Below, one piece after another: positions 26,201 through 38,105 of a DNA stretch of 64,000 nt (positions are counted from its first letter, which is position 1; every line of letters begins with the position of its first letter). Under the pieces are notes generated by a model. The model was not told where the DNA came from. It searched no databases and was given only the letters and a program-made list of their open reading frames with translations. Both the position numbers and the translations under genes were made by a program. The DNA comes from Octopus vulgaris (Eukaryota): assembly GCA_951406725.2 (NCBI GenBank), contig OX597822.1:57784001-57848000 (forward strand). The letters are read 5' to 3'.

Positions 26201-26248
26201 ATTCCATTGATGTTCATCTATTTTGATTTGTTTTGATTTGATTTTTGA

Positions 26249-26347
26249 AATACATACATACATACACACATTCATACATATATACATACATACACACCTT
26301 CATACATACATATATATATTTATACATTTACATATATACATACACAC

Positions 26348-26380
<33 letters not shown>

Positions 26381-26399
26381 CATACAGATACATACATAC

Positions 26400-26449
<50 letters not shown>

Positions 26450-26585
26450 TTACATACATACATATACATACACACATACATACATACATACACACATTCA
26501 TACATATATACATACATACCTTCATACATACACATATATATTTATACATTTACATATATACATACATATACATTTACATACATAC

Positions 26586-26651
<66 letters not shown>

Positions 26652-26664
26652 TTTACATACATAC

Positions 26665-26696
<32 letters not shown>

Positions 26697-26700
26697 CATT

Positions 26701-26741
<41 letters not shown>

Positions 26742-26753
26742 TTACATACATAC

Positions 26754-26799
<46 letters not shown>

Positions 26800-26800
26800 T

Positions 26801-26843
<43 letters not shown>

Positions 26844-26921
26844 TTACATACATACATATACATACACACATACATACATACATACTACATACATACATAC
26901 ATACATACATACATACATACA

Positions 26922-26952
<31 letters not shown>

Positions 26953-26970
26953 CTTTATATATATATTTAC
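26249..26970. repeat. Compound (TA)n/(TACA)n microsatellite of about 720 bp
   Basis: Seen directly; recurring catttacata punctuation. Confidence 0.95.
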
Positions 26971-27728
26971 AAACTTACTAAAGTCAACAAATAACAAATG
27001 ATGAGAACAAATATCTGTCATATGCATTTACTCTATTCCTTATTTTCTAAAAAAAAACATAAACATTATTTTGTACTTACACAATACTTCTCTATTGATT
27101 ATGTTATATTGATTTTCTTTAGTACAGGGTTTGTTTATATAATGATGATGATGATCCAACAAACCCACTGCTCTAATATTATTGATGATGACGGTGATGA
27201 TGATGATGATGATGATGATGATGGGGATGATGATAGTGGTGGTGGTGGTGGTGGTGGTGGTGGTGAGGATGCAGATGCTAATGATGATGGTTTGTAATAT
27301 TAACTGAAGGTCACATATCTGAGTGCAGGTATCGTGATGTATATTGACCTTAATACTTGACAGGTAATTCATTTTGTCACCTGAGATACGAGACAAAAAA
27401 ATAAAGTTAAACTTGAGGGAATTTAAACTCACCATGTGAAGAGACATTACTAAATACCAATAAAACACATGTTGTCCTCAAGTCTACTGATTCTGCTAAC
27501 TTATCAAGAGATGAAGAGATAGTGTGAAAACCAAGATGACAAGGATCCTACAATACTCAAACTGCTACCTAAAAGACTGAAAGACATTGAAATGGAGATT
27601 CATATTGCCAAACTGCAGAGAAGTGAAATCCTGTAATCCGTATGAATTATTAAGAAAGATTCTTCAGATTTGAGGAGCCCCTTGTCACCAAACCCCAAGA
27701 CAACATCTCTGTCAACTAATATAGCATA

Positions 27729-27789
<61 letters not shown>

Positions 27790-27790
<1 letters not shown>

Positions 27791-28255
27791 TGGGCCACAG
27801 CAAATACTCTGCTCAATTCCACAGATTTGCTTGTCAGTTGCTTGACCTTAACCAGGTTAACTGAGCTTGTTCCTTAGTGGCTGACAATATGTGCATCTTA
27901 GATCACGAGCAGGAGTACTAGGTGAGCATCATAGCCATATGTTGAGAGGAATTCTTTGAGGTTTGAATAATTCACCTGTGGAAACATAGGTGTTTCATTC
28001 AACATCCTTAAACAACCCTTATTCAGGGACCTTTTGAACAGGATGGGCTCCTTGACTTGAAGAAAATTCTAACAGGACTCCACCTACAAGATCATGTGCT
28101 GTTTATCTTGATATGAGATCACCATGCCAAGCACATATGGCTATGATGCATGTGCCTGATGTACCCTTATCAGACGGGTAGTCATGATGGGTATATTGGG
28201 CTTCATATATCTGTACTTCAGTGTCACTTTGATGGCATGTGTTGCTCTCTCACTC
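27790..28255 (+). mobile_element. 5'-truncated copy of the (TAA)n-tailed retroposon
   Basis: Reverse-complement match to about 6557-7016, with long (AAT)n on both sides. Confidence 0.8.
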
Positions 28256-28311
<56 letters not shown>

Positions 28312-29074
28312 CAACAATAACAACAATAATTCACATGCTAAGGTTTTAGAATGGATTTGCAATATAAATACATTCATTACATTCTATTTATTGTGAACTT
28401 TTGGACCCAATGACTTACATTATTTGATCTGAAGAAGTTTTACATATAAATGATCCTACTTTCAATGTATCAAATATCTTAAAGGAAACTTCTTTTAGAC
28501 CAATATGTGATCCCTATTAGCCATGCCAGCTTAGCAGAATATGCTTTACTGAGAAGATCTAATAAGGCCAAAACAGGCCTGTTGCTTTCAGCAGCTGGCT
28601 TTCAAAATCAGCTCCAGTCTGCATTACCTATAATACACACAAAATTTCAGTCAAGAGATCATTTTGGAATTATCTCCATTGCTTTTTCCCCAGATTTTAG
28701 ACCTCTAAGACAGTGCTTCTCATACAAGGCCTTCCTCCTTGAATGGGTCTGTGGGGATTGAAAAGAAAGATAGGACAAAGTGCTATATTTTGTCCTATAT
28801 TTAATATATTTATATTTTGTGCTATAGTTAATAAAATTAAAATAGTTACCAATTTTTTAAACTTGCCCAACATCATGGTAAAAAAATGAAAAATTATATG
28901 ATGCAAACTCTATTTCATTTTGAGAGAAGTACCAAATATTCCACAAATATTTAGAATGGGGAAAGTACAAGCACATTTTGCTTCAGATTTATTTGCCCTA
29001 GTAGGTTTTTTTTCTACTAATTGCTTAAATATTCTTAGTTGATCAAAGTTTTTAACTTACTACATTAAATATGT

Positions 29075-29265
29075 GAAGGCACATGACCGAGTGGTTAGAG
29101 CAGCAGATTTACAGTCGAGGGATCACAGGTTCAAATCTCAGACCGGGCGACGTGTGTGTTTATGAGCAAAACACCTAAGCTTCATGCGGTTCCAGCAGAA
29201 GGTAATGGCGAACTTCTGCTGACTCTTTCGCCACAACTTTCTCTCACTCTTTCCTCCTGCATCAA
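29075..29265 (+). mobile_element. Truncated tRNA-derived SINE
   Basis: A-box-like tgaccgagtgg, B-box-like ggttcaaatc, then gtgtttatgagcaaaacacc. Confidence 0.65.
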
Positions 29266-29725
29266 GCCTTTATCAACTTTTTAAAGTTCTACTTGGAAAG
29301 GTGAAGTTGGAGACGGAAGTACTCCCTCTCTCTCTTCCCCCTCCCCCTCTCTCACAGTGTATTTGCCAAAAGGTGGGTGACTGTAGAATAAATGGTCAGG
29401 GTGAACGGACCTATTCTAAGCTTATGCCTGTAGATTGGAGAACAACAGTTGGGTCAGGGCTTGTGCTCTTGGTGGTCAGGGTGATGCTGGATTTGTGAGA
29501 TTACTTGACTGGTCCCAGTTAGAGGTTCTCGTGTATCAGGAGAACTGCACCATAGATGTATTCACGTATTTTATACACTACATATACTTTTATCCCATAA
29601 CTCCCTCCTCTCCCCTTTTACCTCTCATCTTTTATGTAAACCCTCACACAAATTATAAACTGTCCTTTTAATGTCTTCCTCATCTTTTGCCCCTGTGACA
29701 AATAAAAGAAATCATCACCATCATC
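29266..29725 (+). mobile_element. Possible LINE 3' end (L1/Tx1-like ORF2 C-terminus plus 3' UTR)
   Basis: Broken FINFLKFYLER..KLETEVL..VFAKRWVTV..VRVNGPIL followed by a UTR-like stretch ending in AATAAA and (ATC)n. The clade assignment is from memory. Confidence 0.4.
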
Positions 29726-30374
29726 ATTATCCCAAGGTTAACTTCACCTTTCAAATTTTGGGAGATTGATACAATAACTACCACATGGACACTGAGATCA
29801 TCATCATCATCATTTAGCATCCGTTAATGTAAATAATTTCCCTTCTCCCTTCAAAGTTACTGGCCTTATCCAAAAATTTGAAACCATTATTATCATTATT
29901 AAATTCAACAGACACATCTTATTGATTACCAAAATTTGTTTCACTATTTCATATTGCTCTAACCAATATATTTACAAAGGTTTTATGGCACCATAACCAT
30001 CCTAACATCCATTATAATTGAGTTATCTGTTCCTATTCAAAAAATGTGAATTTTTCAAATGGGACTACTTCACATACAAGTCTAATAGACATTATTTTTA
30101 TAAGAATAAACAATAACAAGCAAGGTTTGCAGTTATCAATATGCATAACATTTAGTTATTATTGAGTTCCAAAATCAGTCAATGATTATTTGAAATATAT
30201 CACAAATCAATAACTATTTACTTCTCTCTCTTTATATTAAAAGTATCTCATTTAGTAATATTCATGGAAAGAAAAAAATTCAAAAATAAAAACGTAAAAG
30301 AAGAGAAAAAAATTCTTAAAGCAGAAGCCTAGATATATCTCAACAGGATGTGTGTGTGTATGTAAGTGAGTGTT

Positions 30375-30437
<63 letters not shown>

Positions 30438-31249
30438 ATGCATGTATGTGCATGCATGCATGTATGTGCATGCATGCATGTGTGTGTATGTGCATGTGTG
30501 TGTGTAAATGACATTATTTTATTTCTTCATGTTAGATGTGTTCCATCAAACACAGCGTCTTGCCACCTGTTGCAGGCCTTTGTCAACTGATACTCACAAC
30601 CTATATATATATATTTGTTTATATGTGTTAGGTTGCTTTGAGTACTACTGGCGACATGTAATCCAGTGCAATCTGTTACATAATCAGATCATTGGTGAAT
30701 GAAGTGGTACTCTTATTAGGTTAGCTTGCAGAGGGTTAAGGTAGCTAGAAACCCAGGAAGAATAAAAACAAGACCTGTCTAAAAGACAGATGAATCCAGT
30801 ATAGGGTCACAGCTATTACACAATAGTGCAGGGAGATAGAAATCTCGAGGATGGCAACTGAGTCCCACTATAGGACAAGTTTAGGAATGAAGAACCCCTA
30901 ATTATTGAGAGAACATCTTTGTAGGAGAGAACTAGATAGAACTCCTTATCTCATGGTGGGCAAAACCTACCTGTGCTATCCTACAGCATTATAGATGGGT
31001 CTAAGAAGACAAAGGCAGAGGAAGTACAGCAGGACTATGGTAGTCAACTTTAAGTATTTCTGGAAGTTTCTGATAGATTAGAGGAGGTACTGGCTGTCTT
31101 GGATCCCCCTTGTCACTGGATCTATCTCCTTCACAATGAAAATAATTGTGCAAAGAAATGAGCACCACAAATGCCACTATAAAATTTCATTATATAGATA
31201 TTGTTTCTTACCACATGAATCATGGATCTTGGACCATGTTAAAAGTACC

Positions 31250-31352
31250 AATGCTGGTGTCATGTAAAAAGCACTGGTGATGGTGCCACATTAAAAGCAC
31301 TGGTGCTGGTGCCACATTAAAAGCACTGGTGATGGTTCCCTATAAAAAGCAA
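31250..31352 (+). repeat. 26-bp tandem repeat inside a family D element
   Basis: aaaagcactggtg(a/c)tggtgccacatt, about 3.5 units. Confidence 0.85.
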
Positions 31353-32064
31353 CCAGTACAACATGTAAAGTATCTGGCATTAGGAAAGGTATCCAACTGT
31401 AGAAGCCAAGTCAAAAATAGACTATGGAATCCGGTGTGGTCCCTGGCCCTGCCAGCTCCTGTTGAGCCATCCAACCCATGCCAACATGGAAAACGGACAT
31501 TAACTGATGATGATGGTGATGATGATATGATGCATATCTGCAATGACAAAATACCACCATTTGATGCTTTCTTCACCCATTGGAAGCACATGGTAAATGT
31601 AGCCTGGGTGATATCAGCAATAATTTTCCAGTCACCCATCCCAAGGAGAGGTGAGCTCTGATGTTTCAGACAAAGATTTTCTTTAAATAACTCATATTTC
31701 TTCACTACAGCTCATTTCTCCTCATAATACACAAACACATTTTAAATTATGGAGTTTAACTGTTATTTTTTGCTTGTTTGTTTTTTTCCCATTATTGTTT
31801 TCTTCAGAAACCAGTCTCTCTCTCTCTCTTTCATGTCAGCCACTGAAAAGTGGTTGGTATTAGAAAGGGTTTTTTTTCATAACACCAGCAACAGTGAAGC
31901 TGCTTTTTCTTTTACTAACCCTCACCTGTTTCCGAGTAAAGTAATATTTCCCCATGACCAGGTATTGTAGTGACACTCATTTACAACTATTATGTAATGT
32001 CAGGACAAGGAACAGTAGCACACATATAAACATGCACACTCACACATATATATGTATACATACG

Positions 32065-32350
32065 CATAGTAAAATCAAATAAGCAAACATTAAAAATAAC
32101 AATAACAAACAACAAGAGGACATGCACATGGAATGTATTAGTTTGACACTTGGTAAGAAGAGAGAATTTTTGATGTTTGGAGCATTGCTCTTCATCAGAA
32201 AGGAAAACAGAAAAGTCCAAAAGAGGTAAAAAAAACAAAACACCAACAGTATGTGTGTAGTAACATTGATGAAGCAACCAGAAATGACACCCAGACTCCT
32301 TTTGGACTCAACACAGACCCCCTCCTCTCAGTGACTTTATCCACGTACCC
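32065..32350. mobile_element. Probable Penelope-like 3'-end remnant with an inverted junction
   Basis: A hammerhead-bearing segment on the minus strand abuts a plus-strand TQTPFGLNTDPLLS, which resembles the C-terminal PxGLN motif of Penelope GIY-YIG domains. Confidence 0.45.
32167..32202 (-). ncRNA. Degenerate hammerhead motif in a probable Penelope pLTR remnant
   Basis: Minus strand reads CTTT CTGATGA A GAGC AAT GCTC CAAA CATC AAAA. Stem II GAGC/GCTC is perfect. GAAA is changed to CAAA and the expected ACGT palindrome to ACAT, both at inferred former CpG sites. Confidence 0.6.
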
Positions 32351-34072
32351 TTTTTTTAAAAAACACATGCACACATCACATGCACTCTTACATGTGCACA
32401 CACACACATATACACACACACATAATCACACACACACACACATATATATATATATAGTGTATGTGGGAAGGGGTGTTAGAATGGGTGAATAAATAGTGAT
32501 TGTGGTAGAACAAAGAGCAGAACAAAAGGATGTAAATGACTATTTCAAGTACAAACAAAATATTCTTGACTATTCATGGGTCGATGTGATCATCATTATG
32601 TCCATTGGACAGGAAAAATTACATTAAAATGCAATAAGATAAAATTTGTAATCGATAAATTATTGTGTTACTTCTAGCTTATTTTTATTGAATTTTTTAA
32701 AACCTATTTTTGAGAAGAAATAATATTTTCTTTTTTTACATAATTGTTATTGTTGCACAGTTGTTATTAGTGGTCAACCAAATTTGACTTGAACTACAGC
32801 CTGTCTTATAAAGTAGTACAGTGTGACATAAAGGTCCAGGAAACTCTGGTCTTTAATCAAGTTTATAGCTACCTTTTACACTCAGTGATATGCGCTGTTT
32901 AGTTGTTGGTGTTGTTATTTAACCTCTGATCAGCTGTGACCCAACATTATGCATGGATTAAAGACATTATACCTATAACCATCTTGACTTTCTGTTTCAG
33001 ATTAAGCATGCTTAAAACTACATGACCAAACGATACCGTTGGATTTCAGAGATGATATATTTAATATGCATGTGTGTGTGTGTACGTGTGTGCATGTGCA
33101 CATGCACCAAAATATCATCATCATCATTTTAATCTCATCCACTTTTCCATGTTTGCATGGGTCAGACAGAATCTGTTGAAGCAGATTTTCAACAGTCAGA
33201 TGCCCTTCCTGTTGCCCACCTGCACCTATTACTCCTTGGCTGGGCATATTTTTCACAGAAAATGGAAATGAACATCACATGTATGAGGATGATGCATGTT
33301 TACAACCACCACATGATGAAAGGACAATGGTGTACACACATACATACACACTTGCATGCATGCATGCATGCATGCATGCATACATACATACATACATACA
33401 TACATACATACATACATACATACATACATACATACATACATACATACATAGAATAAATAAAAAACACACACACACAATGAGCTTCTTTCACTTTTTGTTC
33501 ATCAAATTCACTCACAAGGCTTGGGTCAGCTCAAGGCAATAGGTATTGTGCAGTGAAACTGAACCTTAAACCACTTGAATGTCATTCATTTCCAATATTC
33601 TGCAAAAACATGTTTGGCCATGGGGAAATATATACTTTGCTTGGAAACAGGTAAGGATTGGCAACATGAAGGGCATCCAACCACAGAAGATCTGTCTCAA
33701 TAAGCTCTGTACAACCCCTGCATGCATGGGGAAAGTGCATATGATGATGATGAAGATGATGAAAGCAAAGAGCTGTCTTTAAAATATGTTACTATGATAC
33801 CATAATAGTATGCTTCAAATCTTTCATTTACTTGTCAATAATTAAGATATAATGGTAATTTCTGAATCCTATAATTTACTGTAAGCAAACAAATCTATTG
33901 AATTCATTACTCACAAGATGAGAAAAATCAGTCAAGTGTTGTTACCATGCACTATGACCAATAAAATATTATTATGCACTCTGTGTACTGTACTTAAAGC
34001 AGATATATTAGTGAAAGCCTAATTTACTGTGATATTCAGATTTTGTCACAGTATGCAGTTACCAGTAGATAC

Positions 34073-34117
34073 TTGCTACTGATGAAGCCCAATGAGGCAG
34101 AAATGCGCATTTAGCAA
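34073..34117 (+). ncRNA. Minimal (dimer-type) type I hammerhead ribozyme motif, solo copy
   Basis: TTGCTA CTGATGA A GCC CAATGA GGC A GAAA TGCGCA TT TAGCAA: perfect 6-bp stem I, intact core, 3-bp stem II, palindromic stem III ATGCGCAT, cleavage triplet ATT. Confidence 0.8.
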
Positions 34118-34650
34118 CGCCACTACCATAGCTGGATGATTTTTCACTTGCTACTTTAAATTTCTGTGTTTTTAACATTGTATACCTCCAAGAAATATTA
34201 TCTCAGTAATAATCTGAAGTAAATTAGGCTTTCAATGATGTATCTGCTTTATGTATGATACATAGATTGCTGTTTTAAACTAATCCTGCTTCAGCTATAC
34301 ATAACAAATATTATTATTAGTACACTATATAAGGCAGTGAGCTGGTAGAATCATTACCACATGGGACAAAATGTACAGCAGCATTTCTTCTCAATGTTCT
34401 GAGTTCAAATGCCACCAGGGTTGACTATACCTAATAAGATGGCAAGCTGGCAGAATTGTCAGCACATCAGGTAAAATTCTTGGTAGTAAAGTCTTTGTCT
34501 GAAACTAAAAGAAGCAGCACATACGCTAGGACACAACAACCTCCTAAGCAGACCGAGTGCAGATATGAGCAGCATATTGGAACCAGTATTAAGGAAGGAT
34601 AGAAAAATATTAGATTTATAAGCCCTAAAATTCACTCCATAACTGCCCAC

Positions 34651-34926
34651 GGGCATATGACGTAGTGGTTAAAAGTGCAGGCTACTAACCCCAAGATTCC
34701 GAGTTTGATTCCAAGCAGTGACCTGAACAATAATAATAAAAACAGCGAAAAATACCTTAGGAATGAGAACCCAGGTTTGAAATTTCCCCAAGACACCTGA
34801 TGAAGGCTGGAGGGTATATCAGCCGAAATGTTGTGTTAACAACAAACAAGATGAGGACAAATATCTGTCGAATGTAAATAATGTAAATAATGTACATAAT
34901 TCCTCATCTCTTAAACATAGAACTGT
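34651..34926 (+). mobile_element. tRNA-headed SINE carrying a hammerhead ribozyme in its body
   Basis: A-box-like TGACGTAGTGG (34658-34668), anticodon-loop-like CTACTAA, B-box-like GTTTGATTCC (34703-34712), an (AAT)n linker, then a body shared with 17399-17558 (-) and 17568-17741 (+) that contains CTGATGA...GAAA. Confidence 0.8.
34793..34836 (+). ncRNA. Minimal hammerhead ribozyme motif inside the SINE
   Basis: ACAC CTGATGA A GGCTG GAGGGTATAT CAGCC GAAA TGTT GTGT: stem I ACAC/GTGT and a perfect 5-bp stem II. Stem III is reduced; the sister copy at 17448 keeps the palindrome AACGTT. Confidence 0.8.
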
Positions 34927-34934
34927 ATCACCTT

Positions 34935-35252
34935 GAAGGGTTTTGGTCATGTAATCTGACCCCAGCACTTATTTTTTAAGTCTGGTACTTATTCTGTCAT
35001 TCATAAACAAAACAACACCAGTTGTCAAACTGTGGTGAGGACAAACACACACACACACATACACACACACACATACACACACATACAACAGGCTTCCACA
35101 CAGTTTCTATCAACTAAGTTCATTCACACAAGACATTGGTTGGCCTGAGGCTATAGTACAAGACACTTGCCCATGGGACTGTGCATTGGGACTGAACCTG
35201 AAACCAAATATTTGCAAAGCAATCTTCTTAACCACAAAACCAAGTTGGCACT
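34935..35252 (-). mobile_element. SINE family A, older copy
   Basis: agacacttgccc..gggactgaacc head and internal (CA)n. Confidence 0.75.
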
Positions 35253-35994
35253 TATATAAATGATTTAATAAAGAATGAATCCAGAAGGCCTCAACAAGTG
35301 ATAATGAGATGTCACTTAGTTTATAATCTGATGAAATGCTGTAAGGATTGAGAGATTAATAGAATGGAGCACAGAAAGGGGAGAAAGACAAGAAGGGAAG
35401 GAAATACTGGACAAAAGAAAACCATAAGAAAAGGAAGGACCAAACAAAAGAAGAAAAGATAGGAAGAAGGTGTGGAAGAGAAGAAAGAAAGAAAGAAAAT
35501 GATAAACCAGAAGACAGAAAAAAAAAGGAAAAATGAAAATAAGAAAGTAAAGAAGCTGATGCAAGGAGGTGACTCATTAAGCCCAGAGTTTGAAAGTGTG
35601 AAAAGATGAAGAGTTGTCTTTATAAAGATACCTGTTGAAAATAACTATTCTAAGGGAACAGTTAGGATTTCAAAGAAATATTTGTTGCTGAGAAATGAAA
35701 AATATATCGGTTAATTAGAAAATTATACATATCTGTTATACATTCTATCTGATGCATACATGTATGTATATTCAGTTATATTTCAAGATTTCTTGCCAAT
35801 AGAGAAAGAGCCGGTTTCTAACCTAGATCCAAGGCTCCTTCATTGGAATTTCAACATCAACAACAGGGTATGTATGTATGTATGTATGTATGTATACGTG
35901 CAGATTTGTATGTTTTGTTTTATGTACGTATGTATCCATATATACATTTTATTGAAATAATTATATAGATAATAAACACTAATAATACACACAG

Positions 35995-36025
<31 letters not shown>

Positions 36026-36710
36026 TACATGTACCTTATATACAGGCATATAAAAAGAATAAGATTAAGGTATTTGAGGCAAGCCTGTTAGAAAAACAAA
36101 GTATATTATGAGGTGGAAACAATTGTAGCTTGAGGGATGAAGATTTCAGATAAAGGGAGGGAGAGAGAGAGAGATGTTGAAAGTGTTTGAAGCAGGTGAA
36201 TGTGAGACAGATATAAGATGAGATACCGAGAGCGAGGGGGAGAGAGGGAGAGAGACAGATGAGATAGAAAGATAGCGAGAGAGAGCGAGAGGACAAATTT
36301 AAGAGAAAGAAAGACAGCCGATGGTGAAACAAAAGGAGAGAGAGGGGGGGTAAGGTATTAGCAGAGTCAAAAGATATAGTTTGAATACTGGAAGAGTCTG
36401 AAAAACATCTAGGAATCTGTTAAATATTTCAAATAAATAAAAAAAAAAGAGAAAATTGAAAGACTCACCACAACCACTACCATCGTTTGGAGGAATGTTT
36501 GTGGGGAGGATGGGTGAGTGTCAGCTGTGTCTGTCTGTCTGTCTGTTTGTTTTGGTTTTTATGAGGGAGAAGATGTTTGGAATACTGTTGTAGTCACTGT
36601 CACCAGACTACTATAGCACTGGCAACACAAGGATTTGTGACTGTACTGAGTATTTGAAGTGTTCAGAGAGGGTGATAAAAATAGCAGCTTCACCTGCTGA
36701 AAGAAGAACA

Positions 36711-36890
36711 GAAGGAAGGAAGAAAGGAAGGAAGGAAGGAAGGAAGGAAGGAAGGAAGGAAGGAAGGAAGGAAGGAAGGAAGGAAGGAAGGAAGGAAGGA
36801 AGGAAGGAAGGAAGGAAGGAAGGAAGGAAGGGAAGGAAGGAAGGAAGGAAGGAAGGAAGGAAGGAAGGAAGGAAGGAAGGAAAGAAGGAG
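36711..36890 (+). repeat. (GGAA)n microsatellite in a purine-rich domain
   Basis: About 44 units with few interruptions. Confidence 0.95.
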
Positions 36891-37804
36891 GGTTGGATGG
36901 ACAAATGAAAGAGTAGAAAGAGAACAGTGTATTTATGGATCAGCAAAGAGTTTCCAGGAGAGAGAGAGAGAGAAGGAGGACAGAGGAGAGAGAGAAGGGA
37001 GAGAGAGGAGAGAGGGGGAGAGAGAAAGAAGAAAATGGAAACTACTTAAAGAAGCCAGCAACTGAAGAACAAAGATAAACTAGTAATCTTTGTTGGTCAG
37101 GAGGGACTGTAGAGATAAGAGGCAAGCAGGTAGGTGGCTGAACATCAAAGGACAAACAAAAGAAGACTGTGTAAGACTAACAACCAATATCTAAGACTAA
37201 TGACCAGAAAGCGAGGAGGAGAAGGTTGAGGAAGAAGCCAAGAAGAGGGGAGGAATTGGCACAGAAGCAATGAACAAAGGAGAGAAAGAGAGAGAGAGAG
37301 AGAGCACAGGTAGTGTTGCACTTATCTGTACTTCCATGGTCAATGTTTTAATGATAAGCCACTATTTATAAAATATACATATATATAAAAAAGGACACTT
37401 AATACCTGTGATCTTACAGCTGAGTGGAATTTAGCTACTTTACACCTTTGTCACACATTCACACTAGAAGTGTAGGGTAGGGGGTAACTGTTTACAGCTG
37501 TGTAAACACATAGTCATCCACCCATTCACCCATGCACACTTATAGCACAATGCAACTGTAGTGGATTGGAGCAACAGAGCCAGCAATCATATGACATGAA
37601 ATTCCATATGATGATAAGACCTACTGCCACTTCCACCAAAACTCACTCAATACACGTGTCTTTCCTCTTCTCAACCCCCTTCTACTGTCAATCAATCCCT
37701 CGCCAAATTTTATATGAAAAACTGTTTCTGAATCCTTTCTCCTCACAAATGCAATCCCCTGAAAATCCTACTATGCTTGTAAAAAGACCACCCCCACCAC
37801 CACA

Positions 37805-38105
37805 TCTTTGGTCATGAATGACCATGGGATTGCACCTAGAAAGTTACCTCCAAGGTACGTGCCTGGGCAAAGTTGTTTGTGAAAGACCAGCAATCGCCCA
37901 TGAATACTAGCCTCCTCTCTCCACACCATTAATCTTATCCAAGGGAAAGGCAAAGGCGGATAGAGCTTGGCACCAGTGATGTTACAACTTATTTCTACAG
38001 CTGAGTGAACTAAAGCAATGTGAAATAAAGTGTCTTGCTCAAGAACACAACACACAGCTTGGTCCGGGAATTGAACTCACTACTTCATGACTGTGAGCTT
38101 GGTGC
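37805..38105 (-). mobile_element. SINE family C
   Basis: Homologous to 8240-8576. Confidence 0.85.

Noticed and set aside
25776-26226. 127-aa and 106-aa ORFs with repeated peptides
   Set aside because: Translation of the 62-bp tandem array; open in several frames and on both strands.
26223-27027. Long YI/HT-rich ORFs
   Set aside because: Microsatellite translation.
30715-31130. Possible RTE-type 5' region
   Set aside because: Impression only; no diagnostic peptide or second copy in the window.
34651-34723. tRNA gene
   Set aside because: The acceptor and anticodon stems do not pair properly. It is a SINE head, like the other A/B-box sequences in the window.
36611-36946. PSFL and EGRK repeat ORFs
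   Set aside because: Translation of (GGAA)n.
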